This document shows, one piece after another, positions 33,401 to 44,587 of a DNA stretch of 64,000 nt. The stretch is from an uncultured Pseudomonadota bacterium (GTDB lineage Bacteria > Pseudomonadota > Alphaproteobacteria > JACZXZ01): positions 1,088,001 to 1,152,000 of the forward strand of contig CAVVLJ010000017.1 in NCBI GenBank assembly GCA_963749075.1, written 5' to 3'. The translations under genes and the position numbers were made by a program. The notes under the pieces were generated by a model that searched no databases, had not been told where the DNA came from, and worked only from the letters and a program-made list of their open reading frames with translations. The number at the start of each line of letters is the position of its first letter. Position 1 is the first letter of the stretch.

Positions 33401-34213
33401 ATGAATGAATCCAGTCACCAATTGGGCTTCCTCAGAGAGCTGAGCTGGGGCCATATTCTTCTCGTCGTTGTCGTTCTGGTCGCTTGCCGTCTGCTCGTCC
33501 TCTTGGTGCGCAAGATCGTCCACCACGCCGCCGAAAGTGCGCCCTCGCACCGGCGCCTGATGATCTTGCGGCTGGCGCCCATCGCCCGGCTGCTGATCTG
33601 GCTCGGCGGCATCGCGATCATCGTTCCGCTTCTGCTCGAGCCCACCTTCGAGAACGTCGTGGCCCTCGTCGCGACCGTGGGCTTGGCGCTCGCCTTCGCG
33701 CTCAAGGATTACGTGAGCTGCGTGATCGCGGGGGTCGTGACGATCATCGAGAACACCTACCAGCCGGGCGACTGGATCGAGGTCGACGGCGCCTATGGCG
33801 AGGTGACGGCAATCGGCACCAGGGCCGTGTATATCGTGACGGCCGACGACACCGAGGTGATCATTCCGCACGCCCGCATCTGGTCGGCCAACATGTTCAA
33901 TGCCAGCGGCGGCAAGCGAAGCCTTCTGTGCGTGACGAATTTCTACCTTCACGCCGACCACGACGGCGCCGCCGTGCGCCAAGCGCTCGTCGAAACCGGC
34001 GAAACCAGCCGCTATCGGAAGCCGGAGGAGCCGGTGAAGGTGATGGCGTCCGAGGCGCCCTGGGGCACGCGCTACAAGATCAAGGCCTACGTGGCCGAAA
34101 GCCGCGAGCAGTTCGCCATGATCACCGATCTGACGATCCGCGGCAAAGCACGGCTCCGCGCCATGGGCGTCGCATTCGCCCAGGTGCCCTATGCCGAGGG
34201 CTTACGCGGCTGA
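33401..34213 (+). CDS. Small-conductance mechanosensitive channel family protein
   Basis: GLALAFALKDY, YQPGDWIEVDGAYGEV. Confidence 0.88.
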   Translation: MNESSHQLGFLRELSWGHILLVVVVLVACRLLVLLVRKIVHHAAESAPSHRRLMILRLAPIARLLIWLGGIAIIVPLLLEPTFENVVALVATVGLALAFALKDYVSCVIAGVVTIIENTYQPGDWIEVDGAYGEVTAIGTRAVYIVTADDTEVIIPHARIWSANMFNASGGKRSLLCVTNFYLHADHDGAAVRQALVETGETSRYRKPEEPVKVMASEAPWGTRYKIKAYVAESREQFAMITDLTIRGKARLRAMGVAFAQVPYAEGLRG

Positions 34214-34342
34214 GGACCGCGACCCGCTGCCGGCAGAGCTTGACGAGCGCGGGCCGAGCCTGTAGAAAGCCCGCTCGCCGGGCTGGGATTGGGCCCGGTC
34301 TCGCTTTCCGCTCAAAGGCTTAGTGCCCCGAAGGACCTTGCC

Positions 34343-34639
34343 ATGTCGCGACGCTGCATGATGACCGGTGTGGGCATCCAATACGGCAACAATGTGAGCC
34401 ACGCCAACAACCGCACGCGGCGGCGTTTTCTGCCGAATTTGCAGCGCGCCTCCTTGATGAGCGAGGCGCTCGGCTCGACCGTGCGCGTGCGCCTCGCCAC
34501 CTCGGCGCTGAGGACCATCGAGCATCGCGGCGGCCTCGATGCCTTCCTCCTCTCCACCTCCGACAGCGAGCTCTCGGACGAGGCGCGGCGGATCAAGCGC
34601 CGCATCGAGCGCGCCAAGGCGAAGCCTCCGGCGGCCTGA
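34343..34639 (+). CDS. rpmB: 50S ribosomal protein L28
   Basis: MSRRC..TG...[20 protein letters not shown]. Confidence 0.97.
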   Translation: MSRRCMMTGVGIQYGNNVSHANNRTRRRFLPNLQRASLMSEALGSTVRVRLATSALRTIEHRGGLDAFLLSTSDSELSDEARRIKRRIERAKAKPPAA

Positions 34640-34700
34640 GCGGCCGGCGCCAAAGGGGCGGAGGAAAGGCCCGCACCCTCAAGGCCCTTTGCCTCACGGC

Positions 34701-35429
34701 TTATTTCTTATGCAGCTCGGCGATGACCGCGGGGTTCTGCGCGTAGACGCCGACCGCCTCGCCCTGCGCGAGCACCAGTCCCTCCATGGCTTTCACCGCG
34801 TCGGGACCGGTGAAGGGGCCGGAAAGGTTGAGGGACGCCGCGCTCAAGGCATAGACCGTGAAGTGGTAGTGGTGGGGGATCTCGTCGTTCCAAGGCGGGC
34901 ACGGCCCGTCATAGCCGAAATACTGCCCCTTCATCTGCTCGTTGGCGGCGAACGCCTTGGTGTAGTCGTTGAGGCCGCGCACTCCGACCTTGCTCGGAGT
35001 CTGCGGCTTGCCGTTCACCACGCGGCTCGCGGAGTCCTCGCCGGCCGCAAGCCTTCTGACATTGGGCGCGATATCGACCAGGACCCAGTGGAAAAACGTC
35101 ACGCGCGGCATAGTGGCCGAGAGCGTCTTGCCTTCCTGGTTCATGTCGGTGCGGATCGACGGCACGTCGGGGTCGGTCGCAATGATGGCGTAGGACTGCG
35201 TACCCGCCGGGCCCTTCGTCCACGAGATGCGCGGGCTGATGTCCGCCCCGGGCTTGACGTGACCTTCCGTCGCAGGATTGCAGAAGGCGTATCTGTCGGG
35301 AATGGTCTTGACGCGGGTAAACGAATCGACGCTCACCTTAAGCGCCTGAGCGAGCGCCGGCGGCGTCGCCAACATTGCCGCCGCGGCGGCCGCGAGCAGC
35401 CCGCAGGCCGCCATCTTGATCTTTGCCAT
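34701..35429 (-). CDS. YbhB/YbcL (PEBP) family protein, exported
   Basis: Signal peptide, DPDVP, FFHWVLVDI, GYDGPCPPWND, HHYHFTVYAL. Confidence 0.93.
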   Translation of the reverse strand: MAKIKMAACGLLAAAAAAMLATPPALAQALKVSVDSFTRVKTIPDRYAFCNPATEGHVKPGADISPRISWTKGPAGTQSYAIIATDPDVPSIRTDMNQEGKTLSATMPRVTFFHWVLVDIAPNVRRLAAGEDSASRVVNGKPQTPSKVGVRGLNDYTKAFAANEQMKGQYFGYDGPCPPWNDEIPHHYHFTVYALSAASLNLSGPFTGPDAVKAMEGLVLAQGEAVGVYAQNPAVIAELHKK

Positions 35430-35684
35430 GTCGTCCTCCCTTTGCGCCCGGCGTTGCGGGCAGAATAGATCGCCGTGCTCGGTTCCCGGCGCCCGATCGC
35501 GTTGCCCTGCATGCAGCGCGGATCGGCGCTCGCTGTCAAGCGGAATAGCCCGCTCGAGCGACCTCGTGCGCTTGAACCGCCGTCTTTTCCATTGCACGGC
35601 AGTGTCTCAGTTTGAATTTCCACAAGCGCGATGAAGTATCGTCCCTCTCCTCCTTCAGGAGGCTACGGGATGCACACATCTCGA

Positions 35685-35840
35685 GGAGGCTTGCAGGACC
35701 GCCGTGGGTCCTTCGAGACGCGCCCCTTCGGGACGCTCCTCAGGATGAGGCAGATTTGTGTGTGGCAGAAAGACTTAACCTCATCCTGAGGAGCGAGCGC
35801 AGCGAGCGTCTCGAAGGACGCACCGCAGCCAGTGCCGAGG
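35685..35840. repeat. REP-like doublet, family B (inverted copy of 18405-18560)
   Basis: Reverse complement aligns with the 18.4-kb copy across both units, the spacer TTCTGCCACACAC and the flanks. Confidence 0.88.
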
Positions 35841-35991
35841 CCCCTTTGACCGCGCGACACCGCGATTTGCCGGTGATATTCGGACTGACCGACCAGATCA
35901 AGCGTCCCGCAGCTGAAGGAGGAGGTGGCGATGCGTCGATCTCTTCGGCGGCAAGATGGAAAACGTCGACGAGACACTGCTCAGCGGCGCA

Positions 35992-36414
35992 TGGACCCCA
36001 AGGCGGCGCTCGACACCGTCATGAGCTGGATCCTGGTTCAAGGAGAACCCAAGCGCAACGGAAGGTGGCGAGACGGCTGGGCTTCGGCGGCGGCTGGTCG
36101 CTGAACGCCTCCCTCGCGACGCCGGTCAATGCCACGGTCATCTATTACGGCAACGTCAAGAAGACCGCCGAGGAGCTGGCGCCCCTGCAGAGCCCGGTGC
36201 TCATGCACTACGGCCTTCAGGACAAGTGGATCAACACCGAGATGGTCAAGGGTTTCGAGGCCGAGGCGAAGAAAGCGAATAAGGACGTGACCGTCTACGC
36301 CTACGACGCCAATCACCAGTTCGCCAACCCGACAGGTGCGTCCTTTCCCTACGTCAAGGAGGCGGCCGACCTCGTCTGGACGCGCAGCTCGCGTTCCTCA
36401 AGACGTACGATTAG
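35992..36414 (+). pseudogene. Dienelactone hydrolase C-terminal relic
   Basis: FGGGWSLNASLATPVNATVIYYG...YDANHQFANPTG; several frameshifts, GWCFGG motif disrupted, N-terminal half absent. Confidence 0.8.
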
Positions 36415-36437
36415 CGCGGCAAATCTTTGCGCAGCCC

Positions 36438-36528
36438 ACCCCCCTCCCTAACCCTCCCCCTCAAGGGGGAGGGGAAATGTAGGGCACAACGACAAACCTC
36501 CCCCTCCCCCTTGAAGGGGGAGGGGGTG
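36438..36528. repeat. Family-A-related palindromic doublet
   Basis: CCCCCTCCCTAACCCTCCCCCTCAAGGGGGAGGGG and CCCCTCCCCCTTGAAGGGGGAGGGG. Confidence 0.75.
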
Positions 36529-36590
36529 ACGCACGCTTCAGCGACGGCAAGTCGCAGGGGCGATCGCGGGCGCCGCGCGGGAGCCGGGGG

Positions 36591-38495
36591 CTAGGCCCCT
36601 TCAGCCTTTCGCGCGGCTGCTCGCACCGCGCGCGGGAGCCGGGGTGCGGGCGCGCCCTTGGCGGTCTGCTCGTCGAAGAGCTCGGTCAGCTTCTCCATCA
36701 TGGTGCCGCCGAGCTGCTCGGCGTCCACGATGGTGACGGCGCGGCTGTAGTAGCGCGTCACGTCGTGGCCGATGCCGATGGCGACGAGCTCGACGGGCGA
36801 GCACGCCTCGATCCAGTCGATCACGTCGCGCAAGTGGCGCTCGAGGTAGTTGCCGGGGTTGACCGAGAGCGTCGAATCGTCGACAGGTGCTCCGTCCGAG
36901 ATCACCATGAGGATGCGCCGCTGCTCGGAGCGCGCGATCAGCCGGTTGTGCGCCCAGAGGAGCGCCTCGCCGTCGATGTTCTCCTTGAGGATGCCCTCGC
37001 GCAGCATGAGGCCCAAGCTCTTGCGCGCGCGCCGCCAGGGCGCGTCCGCCGACTTGTAGACGATGTGGCGCAGGTCATTGAGGCGCCCGGGGTTGGCCGG
37101 CTTGCCGTCGGCGAGCCACTTCTCGCGCGCCTGCCCGCCCTTCCACGCGCGCGTGGTGAAGCCGAGGATCTCGACCTTGACGGCGCAGCGCTCGAGCGTG
37201 CGGGCGAGGATGTCGGCGCTCATGGCGGCGACCGTGATGGGCCGGCCGCGCATCGAGCCCGAGTTGTCGATGAGAAGCGACACGGCCGTGTCGCGGAACT
37301 CGGTCTCGCGCTCGATCTTGTAGGAGAGCGGATAGACCGGGTTGACCACGACGCGCGAGAGGCGCGCGGTGTCGAGGATGCCCTCCTCCACGTCGAAGTC
37401 CCAGGCGCGCTGCTGCTTGGCCATGAGCTTGCGCTGCAGGCGGTTGGCGAGCCGCGTGGTGACGCCCTGGAGGTGCGAGAGCTGCTGGTCGAGATGCATC
37501 CTAAGCCGCGCGAGCTCCTGCGGATCGCACAGCTTGTCGGCCTCGACCAGCTCGTCGAACTGCGTGGTGAAGGCGCGGTAGGGCGGCTCGCCGCGGGCGT
37601 TGCGCAGCTCGCTGTTGGGGCGGAAGGAGCGGCCGGGCCGCGTCGAATCGTCGTCGCCCGAGCCCGGCATCATCTCGCCGTCGGTCTCGCCCGCATCGGC
37701 CTCGCTGCCGTCTCGGCCGGCACCCTCCTCGACCTCTTGCGACATGCCGGTTGAGGCACTCGAGCCCTCGCTGTCGCCGGCCTCCGATTGCGCGTCGGCG
37801 GCGTTGTCCTTGCCCTCGGAGTTCTCGTCCTCCTCCATCTCGCTCTCCGCCGAGTCCTGCTCGTCGAGCGAGAGGTCGCGGATGAGCTGGCGCGCCCCAT
37901 CGGCGTAGCGGCCCTGGTCCGCGATCGCGTGGGCGAGCTGGGAGAGATCCTTGCCGACCTTGCCCTCGAGCGAGCCGCGCCACAGCTCGACCATGTGGCG
38001 GGCGGAGGGCGGCGGGCTCTCGCCGGTGAGCGCCTCGCGCGCGAGGAGGCCGATCACGTCGGCGAGGGGCGCATCCTCCTTGGTGCGGATGCGGCTATAG
38101 CCGCGCTGGCGGCACTCCTCGACGTGGGCAGCTGCGAGGTTGCTCTGCACCCCCGCCATGCGCCGCGCGCCGAGCGCCTCGACGCGCACCTGCTCGATGG
38201 CGTCGAAGATGGCGCGCGAGGTCGGACCCGCGGGCTGCCGCCGGGCGTGAAGGGCGCTGTCGTGGTAGCGCAGGCGAAGGGCGAAGCCGTCGGCCGAGCC
38301 GCGCACCACCGCCACCTCGCCCGCCGGCAGCTCGCGCGACGGCATGGGGAGGCGCGCCTGGGCGCCGGTCATGGACGGCCGGTCGGGCGAGAAGGCGACG
38401 TTCGCCTCGGGCTCGCGCGAGATCGCCCGCATGCAGGCGGCGGTGACCTGGCGGAACTCCTCGAGCGGGTTGTCCTGGCGGCGGTCGGCAGCCAT
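36591..38495 (-). CDS. cobT: Cobaltochelatase subunit CobT
   Basis: Acidic linker, v[31 protein letters not shown]. Confidence 0.96.
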   Translation of the reverse strand: MAADRRQDNPLEEFRQVTAACMRAISREPEANVAFSPDRPSMTGAQARLPMPSRELPAGEVAVVRGSADGFALRLRYHDSALHARRQPAGPTSRAIFDAIEQVRVEALGARRMAGVQSNLAAAHVEECRQRGYSRIRTKEDAPLADVIGLLAREALTGESPPPSARHMVELWRGSLEGKVGKDLSQLAHAIADQGRYADGARQLIRDLSLDEQDSAESEMEEDENSEGKDNAADAQSEAGDSEGSSASTGMSQEVEEGAGRDGSEADAGETDGEMMPGSGDDDSTRPGRSFRPNSELRNARGEPPYRAFTTQFDELVEADKLCDPQELARLRMHLDQQLSHLQGVTTRLANRLQRKLMAKQQRAWDFDVEEGILDTARLSRVVVNPVYPLSYKIERETEFRDTAVSLLIDNSGSMRGRPITVAAMSADILARTLERCAVKVEILGFTTRAWKGGQAREKWLADGKPANPGRLNDLRHIVYKSADAPWRRARKSLGLMLREGILKENIDGEALLWAHNRLIARSEQRRILMVISDGAPVDDSTLSVNPGNYLERHLRDVIDWIEACSPVELVAIGIGHDVTRYYSRAVTIVDAEQLGGTMMEKLTELFDEQTAKGAPAPRLPRAVRAAARKAEGA

Positions 38496-38499
38496 GGCA

Positions 38500-39505
38500 C
38501 TACGTGAGGTGGGCCTTGGCCGAGGACTCCGGCAGCTCGCTGCCGAAGCAGCGCTGGTAATATTCGGCGACGATGGCGCGCTCGGCCTCGTCGCACTTGT
38601 TGAGGAAGGTGACGCGGAAGCCGAAGCCGATGTCGTGGAAGATCTCGGCGTTCTCCGCCCAGGTCAGCACCGTGCGCGGCGACATCACGGTCGAGATGTC
38701 GCCGGCGATGAAGCCGCTGCGCGTGAGATCGGCGAGCGCCACCATGGCGCTGATCTGCTTGCGGCCCTCCTCGCTGTCGTAGCTCGGCGCCTTGGCGGTG
38801 ACGATCGCCACCTCCTCCTCATGGGGCAGGTAGTTGAGGGTGGCGACGATGTTCCAGCGGTCCATCTGGCCCTGGTTGATCTGCTGGGTGCCGTGGTAGA
38901 GGCCGGTGGTGTCGCCCAGCCCGATGGTGTTGGTGGTGGCGAAGAGGCGGAAGGCCGGGTGCGGCCGGATCACGCGGTTCTGGTCGAGGAGGGTGAGCTT
39001 GCCCTCGACCTCGAGCACGCGCTGGATGACGAACATGACGTCGGGCCGGCCGGCGTCGTACTCGTCGAACACCAGCGCCGTCGGGCGCTGCAATGCCCAC
39101 GGCAAGAGGCCCTCGCGGAACTCGGTCACCTGCTTGCCCTCGCGGATGACGATGGCGTCCTTGCCCACGAGATCGATGCGGCTGATGTGGCTGTCGAGAT
39201 TGACGCGGACGCAGGGCCAGTTGAGCCGCGAGGCCACCTGCTCGATGTGCGTCGACTTGCCGGTGCCGTGATAGCCCTGGATGATGACCCGGCGGTTGTA
39301 GGCGAAGCCGGCGAGGATCGCGAGCGTTGTGTCGCGATCGAAGCGGTAGACCTCGTCAAAGTCCGGCACCAGCTCGCTCGGCTGGCTGAAGGCCGGGCAC
39401 TCCATGTCGACGTTCGATGCCGAAGGTCTGCCGCACGGAGACCTTGATGTCGGGGAGCCCGACCGGCGGGGATTCCATCTTCCCCGGTTGCAGTGTGGCG
39501 CTCAT
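38500..39505 (-). CDS. cobS: Cobaltochelatase subunit CobS, apparent +1 frameshift near 39413
   Basis: [20 protein letters not shown]; N-terminus [13 protein letters not shown] lies in another frame. Confidence 0.93.
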
Positions 39506-39542
39506 TCTGCCGTTCCAACGGTTGCGGGAAATGAGATGCCTA

Positions 39543-40121
39543 TCACGCAGGCACGCTGCCCTTCAAGGTCGTGTAGGCCTGGTTGATCACTTTGAGACGC
39601 TCCTCGGCGAGCTTGTCGCCGCCGTGGCGGTCGGGGTGGTGGAGCTTCACCAGCTCCTTATAGCGGGCCTTGACCACCTTGAGCGTCACCGGACCGGCAA
39701 GCTCGAAGACCGCGAGCGCCTCCTCCTCGGCGGCACTCCGCCGCGGGGCGCGATCGGCCGTACGGCGCTCGGTGCGGGCCTCCTCCTCGAAGAACTCGAA
39801 GAAGTCGCGCCAGCGCTGGCGCTCGCCGCGGCCGGCGCGGAAGGAGCCCAGGCCCAAGGGCCAGGTCGGCCGCTCCCACACCGTGTCGCGCCGGCGGGTG
39901 AGTTCGATCTCGCGCTCGCCCATGCCGGCGAAATAGTTCCAGCTCAGATTGTAGGCGCGCACGTGCTCGAGGCAGAACCAGTAGTAGTCGGTCAAGCGCT
40001 CGCGGTCCTTGGGCGCGCGGTAGAGCCCCTCCTCGGCGCACTCCGGATGGTCGCAGCGGCGCAAGTGGACTTGCGTCTCCGCCGCCCAAGGGTCGATCCC
40101 GATGTGCGCCTCTTTGTGCAT
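39543..40121 (-). CDS. J-domain protein
   Basis: CDHPEC...RAPK...WFCLEHVRAYN; C-terminal HPD. Confidence 0.9.
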   Translation of the reverse strand: MHKEAHIGIDPWAAETQVHLRRCDHPECAEEGLYRAPKDRERLTDYYWFCLEHVRAYNLSWNYFAGMGEREIELTRRRDTVWERPTWPLGLGSFRAGRGERQRWRDFFEFFEEEARTERRTADRAPRRSAAEEEALAVFELAGPVTLKVVKARYKELVKLHHPDRHGGDKLAEERLKVINQAYTTLKGSVPA

Positions 40122-40294
40122 GTGCACAGTATGGGGCGGCGCCCGGCGCCAAGCAAGCCTCGGAGGGAGCCTCGGGGGGAGACCGCGTGGCGAAACGGCG
40201 GGCGAAGCCGGCGGGGCGAGACGGCTTGACGCAAGGCGCCGGGCGCCACAGTTATGCGCCAGCCGCGAGTTCGCCGTCCGCCCCGGAGGCTCCG

Positions 40295-40576
40295 ATGGAA
40301 ATGGCCGCACGCATCCGCGCCAAGCTCGACGCAGCACTCACGCCCGAGCGCCTCGAGATCATCGACGAGTCGGCACGCCATGCCGGTCACGCCGGCGCCA
40401 GGCCCGGCGGCGAGACGCACTTCCGCGTCGAGATCGTCTCCGCCGCCTTCGCGGGCGAGCGCCAGCTCGCGCGCCAGCGCCGCGTCTATGCCATCCTCAA
40501 GGACGAGCTTGAGGACAGCGTCCATGCCCTCTCGCTCTCGACGCTCACTCCCGGCGAAGCGGCCGGGCGCAGCTGA
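40295..40576 (+). CDS. bolA: BolA family protein
   Basis: DESARHAGH...GETHFRVEIVS..F...R. Confidence 0.93.
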   Translation: MEMAARIRAKLDAALTPERLEIIDESARHAGHAGARPGGETHFRVEIVSAAFAGERQLARQRRVYAILKDELEDSVHALSLSTLTPGEAAGRS

Positions 40577-40603
40577 GTGCGCGCCCCGCACAGTGAGGCC
40601 GCC

Positions 40604-41170
40604 TCAGCTCCCCGTGTAATAGTCCGGCCAATAACGCTTCACCACCTCGCTGTCGCTCGCAAGCGCGCGGCAGGAATCGATGAGATCGGGCCGGCCGCGC
40701 CGATCGTGGCCGAGCGTCTCGCCGTGCTCGCGCGCGCGCTTCTCGCGCGCCGGGAAGATCGACTGGAAGGCGGTGGTGGCAATCGGCCACAGGAGCTCGA
40801 CGAGGTGGGTGCAGCCCTTGACGCCGCCGACCCGCTCGCGCACCTGGCGGCGCCAGCCGGGCCCGATGCGCAGGCCCTTGAGCGCCGCGAAGGCAGGGGT
40901 GACGCTCGGGCAGAGGTGGAAGGGGTGGAAGTCGCTCGAGGCCTCGACCTCGTGGATCAAGAGGTCCTCGTCGACGGTGACCCTGAGCCACATCTCGTGC
41001 ACCGGCACGCCCGCCGGAACGGTGCCGCGATAGTCGCTCTCCCAGCCGTAGGTCTTGGTGTCGACCAGGTGGCCCTCGATGTCCCACAGGCCGTCCTTGC
41101 GCTGGTAGCCGCGGCACTCGATGCGCCGCGTATGGATGTGCTCGCGCTCGCTCGCTGGGCTTAATGGCAT
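40604..41170 (-). CDS. DUF2889 protein
   Basis: HTRRIECRGY..DGLWDIEG, GGVKGCTHL. Confidence 0.88.
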   Translation of the reverse strand: MPLSPASEREHIHTRRIECRGYQRKDGLWDIEGHLVDTKTYGWESDYRGTVPAGVPVHEMWLRVTVDEDLLIHEVEASSDFHPFHLCPSVTPAFAALKGLRIGPGWRRQVRERVGGVKGCTHLVELLWPIATTAFQSIFPAREKRAREHGETLGHDRRGRPDLIDSCRALASDSEVVKRYWPDYYTGS

Positions 41171-41253
41171 GGTCCGACCGCTGTTGTTGCACTGCAATAT
41201 AAGCGCCGGGAACCGCGCGTCAAGCGGAGCGGGCTTGGCGCCGGCGCAGGTGC

Positions 41254-42576
41254 CTACTTCCCCTCCTCGAGCGGCGGCGGGGTCAAGCGGATGGCGGTGA
41301 TCTGGTTGCGCTGGCGGCGCAGGATCTCGAAGCGGAAGCCGAAGAAGGTGAAGATCTGCCCCGGCTCGGGGATGGCGCGCGCCTGGTGCATGACGAGGCC
41401 GGCGAGGGTCGAGGCCTCGGTGTCCGGCAGGCGCCAGTCGAACTCGCGGTTGAGATCGCGGATGGTGACGCTGCCGTCGATCACGAAGGAGCCGCCCGGC
41501 TCGGGCGTGACGCCGGTGCGCACGGCCGCTCCCGCCTCGGGCTTGGCGCCGTGCGCGGCGGCCACGCGCTCCTGCGTGATGTCGCCCACGATCTCCTCGA
41601 GGATGTCCTCGAGCGTCACGATGCCGAGCCAGCTGCCGTACTCGTCGACCACGAGGGCGATGTGCTCGCGCCGCTTGCGGAAGGCGCGCAGCTGGTCGAG
41701 AAGCGTCGTCGCCTCGGGGATGAACCAGGGTTTGACGACCGCACCCTCGAGCTCGCGCCGCTCGAGGCTGCCGGGATGCCGGCTGAGTGCCGCGAGCAAC
41801 GCCTTGCCGTGCAGCACGCCCACGATGTTGTCCGGCTCGCCGCGCCAGACCGGGATGCGCGAATAGGGGCTCTCCGCCGCCTCGGCGAGGATGCGCTCGG
41901 TCGGCAGGTCCGCCTCGATGGTCCTGACGCTCTTGCGGTGGATCATGATCTCGCCGACCTGGACCTCGTCGAGGTCGAGCACGCTCCTCAGCATGCGCCG
42001 CTCCTCGGCCAGCTCGGGCTCCGGGCCGTGATGGAGCTCGATGGCGCCGCGCAGCTCCTCCTCGCGATGCAGGCCGGAGGCCCCGCCCTCGGCCCTTACG
42101 CCGAAGAGACGCAGCAGCACGCGCACCACCACCTCGATGCCATGGGTGATCGGCCCGAAGAGCCGCATGATCGCGCGCACGGCGGGTGCCGTGGCGAGCG
42201 CCACCCGGTCGGCATGGTTGAGCGCGTAGGTCTTGGGCAGCACCTCGCCGAAGAGCAGCACGAGCGTCGTCATGACGAGGGTCGCATAGGCCACGCCGGC
42301 ATGGCCGAACCAGTCGATCAGCAGGCTCGTCGCCAGCGCCGAAGCGAGGATGTTGGCGAGATTATTGCCGAGGAGGATGGCGCCGATGAGCCGCTCCTTG
42401 GCCTGGCGCAGCTGGTTGACCAGGCGCGCGCGCTCGTTGCCGCGGCGCTCGAGCGCGTGCATGCGCGGCCGCGAGGCGCCGGTGATCGCCGTCTCCGAGG
42501 CCGCGAAGAAGGCCGAGGCGAGGAGCAGCGCCAGGATGAGAGCGAGCGTGCCGGCGAGTGCCCAATCGAAGCTCAC
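41254..42576 (-). CDS. HlyC/CorC (CNNM-CBS) transporter
   Basis: SAFFAASETA, ILLGNN, EVLPK, VVDEYG, LEDILEEIVG. Confidence 0.92.
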   Translation of the reverse strand: MSFDWALAGTLALILALLLASAFFAASETAITGASRPRMHALERRGNERARLVNQLRQAKERLIGAILLGNNLANILASALATSLLIDWFGHAGVAYATLVMTTLVLLFGEVLPKTYALNHADRVALATAPAVRAIMRLFGPITHGIEVVVRVLLRLFGVRAEGGASGLHREEELRGAIELHHGPEPELAEERRMLRSVLDLDEVQVGEIMIHRKSVRTIEADLPTERILAEAAESPYSRIPVWRGEPDNIVGVLHGKALLAALSRHPGSLERRELEGAVVKPWFIPEATTLLDQLRAFRKRREHIALVVDEYGSWLGIVTLEDILEEIVGDITQERVAAAHGAKPEAGAAVRTGVTPEPGGSFVIDGSVTIRDLNREFDWRLPDTEASTLAGLVMHQARAIPEPGQIFTFFGFRFEILRRQRNQITAIRLTPPPLEEGK

Positions 42577-42590
42577 GGCGGCGTCCGCGC

Positions 42591-43706
42591 TCAGGCGGCG
42601 ATCTCGGCGTCGAGCAGCAGGCGCACGGCATCCGGCGCCACGTCGCGCGCCACGAAGGCCTGGCCGATGCCGCGCGCCAAGACGAAGGCGACGCGGCCGT
42701 CGCGCACCTTCTTGTCGCGCGCCATGTGGGCGATGAGCCGCTCGGCGTCCCAGCGCCGGTTGGCCGAGCCCGCAATCGCCGTCGGCAGCCCCATCGCCGC
42801 GAGATGGCGGCGCACGCGCGCCGCGTTGGCCGCCGGGCAATAGCCGAGCCGGACCGAGAGGTCGAAGGCCATGACCATGCCGATCGCCACCGCCTCGCCG
42901 TGAAGGAGCTCGTCGCCGAAGCCGGTCTCCGCCTCGAGCGCGTGGCCGAAGGTATGGCCGAGGTTGAGGAGGGCGCGGGCACCCCCTTCCCGCTCGTCCG
43001 CCGCCACCACCGCGGCCTTGAGCGCGCAGCTCCGCACCACGGCGCGATGGAGTGCTGACCGCTCGCAGCGGGCGAGTGCGGCGCCGTGCTCCTCGAGCCA
43101 GGCGAAGAAGTCGCGATCGCCCAGGAGGCCGTATTTAGCCACCTCGGCGTAGCCGGCGAGGAGCTCGCGCCGGGGCAGCGTCGCGAGCGCCGCCACGTCC
43201 GCCAGCACCAGCCTCGGCTGGTAGAAGGCGCCGACCAGGTTCTTGCCGTGCCGGGTGTTGATCGCGGTCTTGCCGCCGACGGCGCTGTCGACTTGCGCCA
43301 GGAGCGTCGTCGGGAGCTGCACGTAAGCGATGCCGCGCAGCACGATGCTGGCGGCGAAGCCCGTGAGATCGCCGATGACGCCGCCGCCGAGTGCGAGCAG
43401 CGTCGTCGTGCGCTCGATCGGCAGCGCAAGGAGGCGGTCGAGCAAGGCCTCGAGATGGCGGAAATCCTTGGTCGCCTCGCCGGCCGGCAGCACGATCTCG
43501 TCATGGGCTATGGCGGCGGCGTCGAGCGAGGCCAAGAGACCGCCCAAGTGGAGGGGCGCCACGTGCTCGTCGGTGACCACGGCGACGCGCGGCCGGGCGA
43601 GAAGCGGCCCCATCAAGGCGCCGGCCTCGGCCAGCAGCCCGTCGCCCACCGCGACGTCGTAGCTGCGCGCGCCGAGCTCGACGCGGACGGTCTCTCGCCC
43701 GCTCAT
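42591..43706 (-). CDS. aroB: 3-dehydroquinate synthase
   Basis: [27 protein letters not shown]. Confidence 0.97.
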   Translation of the reverse strand: MSGRETVRVELGARSYDVAVGDGLLAEAGALMGPLLARPRVAVVTDEHVAPLHLGGLLASLDAAAIAHDEIVLPAGEATKDFRHLEALLDRLLALPIERTTTLLALGGGVIGDLTGFAASIVLRGIAYVQLPTTLLAQVDSAVGGKTAINTRHGKNLVGAFYQPRLVLADVAALATLPRRELLAGYAEVAKYGLLGDRDFFAWLEEHGAALARCERSALHRAVVRSCALKAAVVAADEREGGARALLNLGHTFGHALEAETGFGDELLHGEAVAIGMVMAFDLSVRLGYCPAANAARVRRHLAAMGLPTAIAGSANRRWDAERLIAHMARDKKVRDGRVAFVLARGIGQAFVARDVAPDAVRLLLDAEIAA

Positions 43707-44338
43707 GGCGCCGGCTCGGCGATCCCGCCGGCCGCCGGCTCGGGAGCGCTTTCGGCAAAGCGGAGGAGCGCCTCGATCACCCGCTCGACCGTCGCCTCGG
43801 GCGGCGCATCGTTGCTGTCGACCACGATGTCCGCCTCGGCGTAGACCGGATGGCGCGCCGCGATGAGCCGCTCGAGGGTCGCCCGCCGGTCGCCGTTATT
43901 GAGGAGCGGGCGGTTGGTGCGCCGCGCGGTGCGGCGCAGCAGGAGCTCGAGGTCGGCGCGCAGCCAGACGGAGACGGCGCGCACGCGCACCTTCTCGCGC
44001 GTGCGCGCGTCCATGAAGGCGCCGCCGCCCGTGGCCAGCACGTGAGGGGGCTGGTCGAGGAGGCGCGCGATCACGCGGCGCTCGCCGTCGCGGAAGTGGG
44101 CCTCGCCGTGGCGCTCGAAGATATCGGCGATGCTGCAGCCCGCCGCCGCTTCGATCTCATGGTCGGCGTCGACGAAGGCCAGTCCCAGGCGCTGGGCCAG
44201 GCGCTTGCCGATGCAGCTCTTGCCCGCCCCCATCAGGCCGACGAGAACGACCGTCCGGGCCGGCGCGCCGGAGGGCGCATCCGCCGGCGCGGGCGGCGCA
44301 AGGCTTGCCGAAGACCGAGAGTGCCGTAATATCGCCAT
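43703..44338 (-). CDS. aroK: Shikimate kinase
   Basis: [22 protein letters not shown]. Confidence 0.96.
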   Translation of the reverse strand: MAILRHSRSSASLAPPAPADAPSGAPARTVVLVGLMGAGKSCIGKRLAQRLGLAFVDADHEIEAAAGCSIADIFERHGEAHFRDGERRVIARLLDQPPHVLATGGGAFMDARTREKVRVRAVSVWLRADLELLLRRTARRTNRPLLNNGDRRATLERLIAARHPVYAEADIVVDSNDAPPEATVERVIEALLRFAESAPEPAAGGIAEPAP

Positions 44339-44446
44339 AGTGGAACTTTAACACACTGCCCGATCGCATGTCGCCACGGCCGCGGCAAGGGCGACGCAGG
44401 GCCTCCCGCCACCGCAGCCCTCGGCGCTGCAAGCGAATGGACGCGC

Positions 44447-44587
44447 ATGCCCAAGCTTTCCCGCATTATCGCAATCTTCATCCTCATCGTGGTCGTGGCG
44501 GGCGCCGTCTTCCTGGCCACCTGGCAGATACCGGCGCCGACCGCCAAAGTCGAGAGGGTCATCCCCAATGACCGCTTCCCGCGCTAG
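44447..44587 (+). CDS. Small single-pass membrane protein (46 aa), below the ORF-track cutoff
   Basis: MPKLSRIIAIFILIVVVAGAVFLATWQIPAPTAKVERVIPNDRFPR*. Confidence 0.7.
   Translation: MPKLSRIIAIFILIVVVAGAVFLATWQIPAPTAKVERVIPNDRFPR

Noticed and set aside
35594-35616. GCACGGCAGT match to the MITE-like end at 24047-24056
   Set aside because: Only 10 bp and no partner end found
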